DNA of 17,982 nt from positions 1-17,982 of the forward strand of contig CAYPNZ010000007.1 of assembly GCA_964411845.1 (NCBI GenBank). The letters are read 5' to 3'. The notes beneath the pieces were generated by a model, which was not told where the DNA came from, searched no databases, and saw only the letters and a list, made by a program, of their open reading frames with translations. Position numbers and translations under genes: made by a program. This stretch comes from an uncultured Anaerolineaceae bacterium. GTDB taxonomy: Bacteria > Chloroflexota > Anaerolineae > 4572-78. Below are positions 15,586-17,982 of this stretch, in pieces (position 1 is the stretch's first letter; the number at the start of each line of letters is the position of its first letter).

Positions 15586-15727
15586 TGAACGGGTGGTTAA
15601 ACAAAATAGAACACAGATTAACACGGATTGCAGGAATTTGCGCAGATTTTAAATTATTTTCAGGAAAATCTGTGTAAATCCGCTCAATCTGCGGCATCTG
15701 TGTTCTATTCAACAGGTGGCTAAACAG
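15586..15727. repeat. MITE-like or structured-RNA element. 14-bp perfect inverted repeat AATAGAACACAGAT (15605-15618) / ATCTGTGTTCTATT (15696-15709) encloses 77 bp of nested inverted repeats. It is flanked by ~17-bp direct repeats gaacgGGTGGtTAAACA (15586-15603) / caacaGGTGGcTAAACA (15709-15726).
   Basis: Nested dyads: CGGATT (15624-15629) / AATCCG (15677-15682); CAGATTTT (15643-15650) / AAAATCTG (15665-15672); CGCAGATT (15641-15648) / AATCTGCG (15686-15693). The CAGAT(T) / (A)ATCTG motif occurs five times in about 90 nt. Confidence 0.45.
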
Positions 15728-15740
15728 TTACAAAAATTAA

Positions 15741-15891
15741 ACCACAGAGCAACAGAGGCACAGAGAAAAATAAGGTTTGAGAGCCACTTATGTGGTTGTA
15801 TCTGCGATTTTGTCGGCAAATTTGACCCGAACTCAAAAATATGAATTTCTCCGCTTCTCTGTGCCGCCTGTGCCCTGCGGGTGCTGTGGTG
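15741..15891. repeat. Repeat-rich structured segment. Tandem 8-nt repeat cACAGAGc aACAGAGg cACAGAGa (15743-15766) is complementary to a downstream CTGTG-rich block, TCTCTGTGCC 15856-15865 and GCTGTGGT 15883-15890. This predicts a long-range imperfect stem enclosing about 90 nt.
   Basis: Seen directly. GAGGCACAGAGA (15756-15767) versus TCTCTGTGCCGC (15856-15867), and ACCACAG (15742-15748) versus CTGTGGT (15884-15890). Confidence 0.4.
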
Positions 15892-15993
15892 AAAAATCGA
15901 CCTTTTTTCAGGCGGGTCGTAGTCGTCAAGTCAAATGTCATACCGGATATTTCCCTGCGGGAAATTTCGGAATGACAAACTTATGCAAAAGGT

Positions 15994-17730
15994 CTATTTT
16001 CCCAGCGGGATGAAATTATCGCCGTATGCCCCCAAGTTGGGACCGAGTTCCGCTTCATAATCGGGGCGGAATGCCCATTCGCGGTCGCAAGCGCGACATT
16101 TCATACATTTGGCAGGCGGGCACGCCACCGTCAGTTCGTTGCGGTGCGCCCGTTTCAAATCCCAACTGAAATACGATTTGCTCACGCCGGCATTCACCGT
16201 ATCCCACGGCAGCGGTTCCGAAACGTCTCGTTCGCGCAAAAAATCATCTTGCCCCAAATTTTCCGCCGCCAGCGCACGTTGCCATTCTTTCAGCGATACA
16301 CGTTTCATGTGCGCCATCACGCGCCCCAACCGTCTGTCGCCGCGCGCCAGCACCCCTTCTACCGCCGCCCACGCCGGGCTGTCGCTGCGAACGGCAATGC
16401 CCGCCGGCTGTAACCGCTGTTCCAAATAGCGCACCCGCGTTTCGATGGTTTCCACCGGCATCATTGCCGCCCATTGAAACGCCGTTTGCGCTTTCGGCAC
16501 GTATGGCGTGGCGTTAATTGCCATATTGCGCGGAAAAATCTTTTTTGCCGCCAGCGCCAGTTCGGCAATTGCCGCCACATCCGCTTCCTGCTCGGTCGGC
16601 TGTCCCACCATAAAATACATTTTCAATTGTGGAAAATTATATTTTGCCGCCAGTTCCACCGCGTGCAAAATTTGCTCGTCCGATTGCGGTTTGTTGATAA
16701 CTTTTCGCATGCGCACCGACCCCGCTTCCGGCGCGATGGTCAAAGTTTGATTGCCGCTTTCCGCCAGCCCTTTGATGAGCGGTTCGGAAATGGGGTCAAC
16801 CCGCATGGAAGATGCGGTGAGCCGTGCGCCCATTGCGCGCAGACGGGTGGCAATTTCGTCAATCCACGAATGGTCGCTGACGGCGGCGCTCACCAGCCCG
16901 ATGCGGTCGCGGTGGGCAAGCCCGTGTTTGGCTGCCGCCAGCACCGTATCCAAATGAATTTCGCGCATCGGGCGGTAAACATATCCCGCCAAACAAAAAC
17001 GGCAGCCGCGCCCGCAGCCGCGGGCAATTTCTACCAGCGTGCGGTCGCCAAATTCGGTGTGCGGGGTGTAAATTTGAGTAACCACGGGGAAATCGTTCAG
17101 GTTTTTCAGCCATACGCGCGCCACCGGTTCGCGGCTGACATCGGGGACGTACATCCCGTTAACCTGCGCCAGCGTGTGACGGGCATCGGCACGGGGTTGG
17201 TTGACGGCTTCCCACAGCGCATCAATCAGCGGATGGATGACGGCTTCCCCCTCGCCGATGGCGACGGCATCGAAAATGTCTGCCATTGGTTCGGGGTTGG
17301 TGTACACGGCGGGTCCGCCGGCGATGATGATGGGGTCGGCGGCGGTGCGCTCGGCGGCAAAAACGGGGATATTCGCCTGCCGCAGCATGGCAATCACGTT
17401 GAAATAATCCAACTCGTATGAAATGGTGAACGCGATGACGGGAAATTCTGCCAGCGGGGTTTGTGATTCCAGCGAGATGACCGGTTCGGTGGGGCGGGCA
17501 AGTTGTCGAATGCCGAAAAAAACGCGCTCGCAGACCACATCCGGTTCATCGTTAAACAGCCGGTAGAGGGTGTGCAGCGCCAAACTGCTCATGCCCACGC
17601 GATAAGTGTTCGCATAGACCAGCGCGACGGGCAATTTGCCGCCCCAGTTTTTTATCACGGCACCTTCTTCTTGTGCCAGTATCTTTTTTAACTTGTCGGT
17701 TGAACGGTAGTTTCGTTTCATTTGCACCAA
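15994..17730 (-). CDS. B12-binding-domain radical SAM protein (TIGR03960-like uncharacterised rSAM family; COG1032), 578 aa. Start at TTG 17730 or ATG 17721.
   Basis: Radical-SAM cluster motif ARGCGRGCRFCLAGY (CxxxCxxC). The N-terminal Rossmann-like region (PVALVYANTYRVGMSSLALHTLY, IIIAGGPAVYTNPE) is typical of the B12-binding-like domain. The C-terminal Cys cluster CPPAKCMKCRACD is a possible auxiliary cluster or zinc ribbon. Confidence 0.8.
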   Translation of the reverse strand: MVQMKRNYRSTDKLKKILAQEEGAVIKNWGGKLPVALVYANTYRVGMSSLALHTLYRLFNDEPDVVCERVFFGIRQLARPTEPVISLESQTPLAEFPVIAFTISYELDYFNVIAMLRQANIPVFAAERTAADPIIIAGGPAVYTNPEPMADIFDAVAIGEGEAVIHPLIDALWEAVNQPRADARHTLAQVNGMYVPDVSREPVARVWLKNLNDFPVVTQIYTPHTEFGDRTLVEIARGCGRGCRFCLAGYVYRPMREIHLDTVLAAAKHGLAHRDRIGLVSAAVSDHSWIDEIATRLRAMGARLTASSMRVDPISEPLIKGLAESGNQTLTIAPEAGSVRMRKVINKPQSDEQILHAVELAAKYNFPQLKMYFMVGQPTEQEADVAAIAELALAAKKIFPRNMAINATPYVPKAQTAFQWAAMMPVETIETRVRYLEQRLQPAGIAVRSDSPAWAAVEGVLARGDRRLGRVMAHMKRVSLKEWQRALAAENLGQDDFLRERDVSEPLPWDTVNAGVSKSYFSWDLKRAHRNELTVACPPAKCMKCRACDREWAFRPDYEAELGPNLGAYGDNFIPLGK

Positions 17731-17733
17731 TTT

Positions 17734-17790
17734 TTATCGAATTTACGATAAAAATTATACGTGCGATGGGGTGTGCGGGCAAACGGGCGG
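17734..17790 (-). promoter_or_regulatory. Candidate promoter and operator of the rSAM gene (minus strand): -35 TTGCCC (complement of about 17777-17782), 17 nt spacer, -10 TATAAT (complement of 17754-17759). The dyad TTTATCG-aattta-CGATAAA (17734-17753) lies at about +1 to +20. The palindrome ACTCGCGAGT (17811-17820) lies upstream.
   Basis: The reverse complement reads cgTTTGCCcgcacaccccatcgcacgTATAATtTTTATCGtaaattCGATAAAAAttggtgcaaATG. The 7-bp dyad arms are perfect. Confidence 0.4.
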
Positions 17791-17842
17791 GGGTGATAAA
17801 AGTTTGGGCAACTCGCGAGTACCCATACATCTGTATACAAAT

Positions 17843-17971
17843 CTACTTTCTTTTTGGCTGCTTCGTCCTTTCAGGAGGAGGTTGTGACCGTTGGGGCTGT
17901 GAAGATGGTTTTTGGGTGCGCTTGGGTGGGGATTGAGATTTTTCTACTCTACTGTTATTCTCTTTATTCAT
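17843..17971 (-). other. Possible small ORF (42 aa, Pro/Gln/Lys/Ser-rich, basic): MNKENNSRVEKSQSPPKRTQKPSSQPQRSQPPPERTKQPKRK. It lies in a low-complexity, compositionally atypical window-edge segment. Status is doubtful.
   Basis: RBS GGGAGG 5 nt before ATG (complement of 17969-17971), stop TAG (complement of 17843-17845). Codon usage (AGA, AAT, AGT, CCT) differs from the flanking genes. The + strand of the same segment also carries GGAGGAGG plus a hydrophobic ORF that runs off the window. Confidence 0.15.
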
Positions 17972-17982
17972 TATTGCCTCCC

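Noticed and set aside
15586-15770. Possible degenerate CRISPR array
   Set aside because: Repeats are of unequal length and spacing, are internally palindromic in a nested (not unit-wise) way, and no cas genes or leader are present.
15720-15941. 73-aa minus-strand ORF downstream of the rSAM gene with a hydrophobic C-terminus
   Set aside because: No SD, and atypical AT-rich codon usage (AGA/AGG/ATA). It overlaps the inverted-repeat element, so it is probably a spurious frame through structured DNA.
15792-16013. 73-aa Cys-rich ORF (..VPPVPCGCCGEK..KCH..) next to the radical-SAM gene, considered as a RiPP precursor
   Set aside because: It is on the opposite strand and convergent to the rSAM gene. 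It has only a weak SD, overlaps the rSAM 3' end and runs straight through the CTGTG/CACAG repeats, which generate the Cys/Pro codons. It is more likely non-coding.
1-17982. tRNA, rRNA and transposase/integrase scan
   Set aside because: No T-arm GGTTCGAATCC-like or anticodon-stem signatures. No rRNA-like conserved blocks. No DDE or tyrosine-recombinase ORFs. The only mobile-like feature is the non-autonomous inverted-repeat element at 15586-15727.

Overview
This is a chromosomal, moderately high-GC bacterial segment. Codon usage is E. coli-like (GCG/GGC/CCG with AAA/TTT/ATT), and the gene content (archaeal-type iPGM, MsiK-like orphan ATPase, NrtR, Roadblock) suggests a Chloroflexi/Deinococcus-like lineage rather than a proteobacterium. 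It is core and accessory metabolism arranged in clear transcription units, with no IS, integrase, phage, CRISPR or tRNA.

Transcription units, 5' to 3':
(1) acs (5'-truncated), thiolase, FAD-oxidoreductase operon (+).
(2) Sulfide:quinone-oxidoreductase-like flavoprotein plus an unannotated 43-aa ORF, then a terminator (+).
(3) Small hypothetical gene (+), convergent on an SPFH/flotillin-like membrane protein (-).
(4) LacI-family repressor, MsiK-type sugar ABC ATPase, archaeal-type cofactor-independent phosphoglycerate mutase apgM (-). This unit has a consensus autoregulated promoter carrying two 14-bp CTTAAACGTTTAAG operators.
(5) Standalone HNH endonuclease (+, TTG start).
(6) nrtR-pncA-pncB NAD-salvage operon (+), with a GT-N7-AC palindrome overlapping its promoter.
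(7) Monocistronic orphan Roadblock/LC7 gene (+).
(8) A 516-nt non-coding region between two convergent genes, packed with nested inverted repeats, flanking direct repeats and CACAGAG tandem repeats. It is a candidate structured RNA, a long 3'UTR, or a MITE-like element, and is the most unusual feature in the window.
(9) A B12-binding radical SAM protein (-) with an operator-like palindrome at its transcription start. A compositionally odd low-complexity tail lies at the window edge.

Promoters and terminators were read by eye, and several match consensus closely. No homology search was possible, so all protein assignments rest on recognised motifs.
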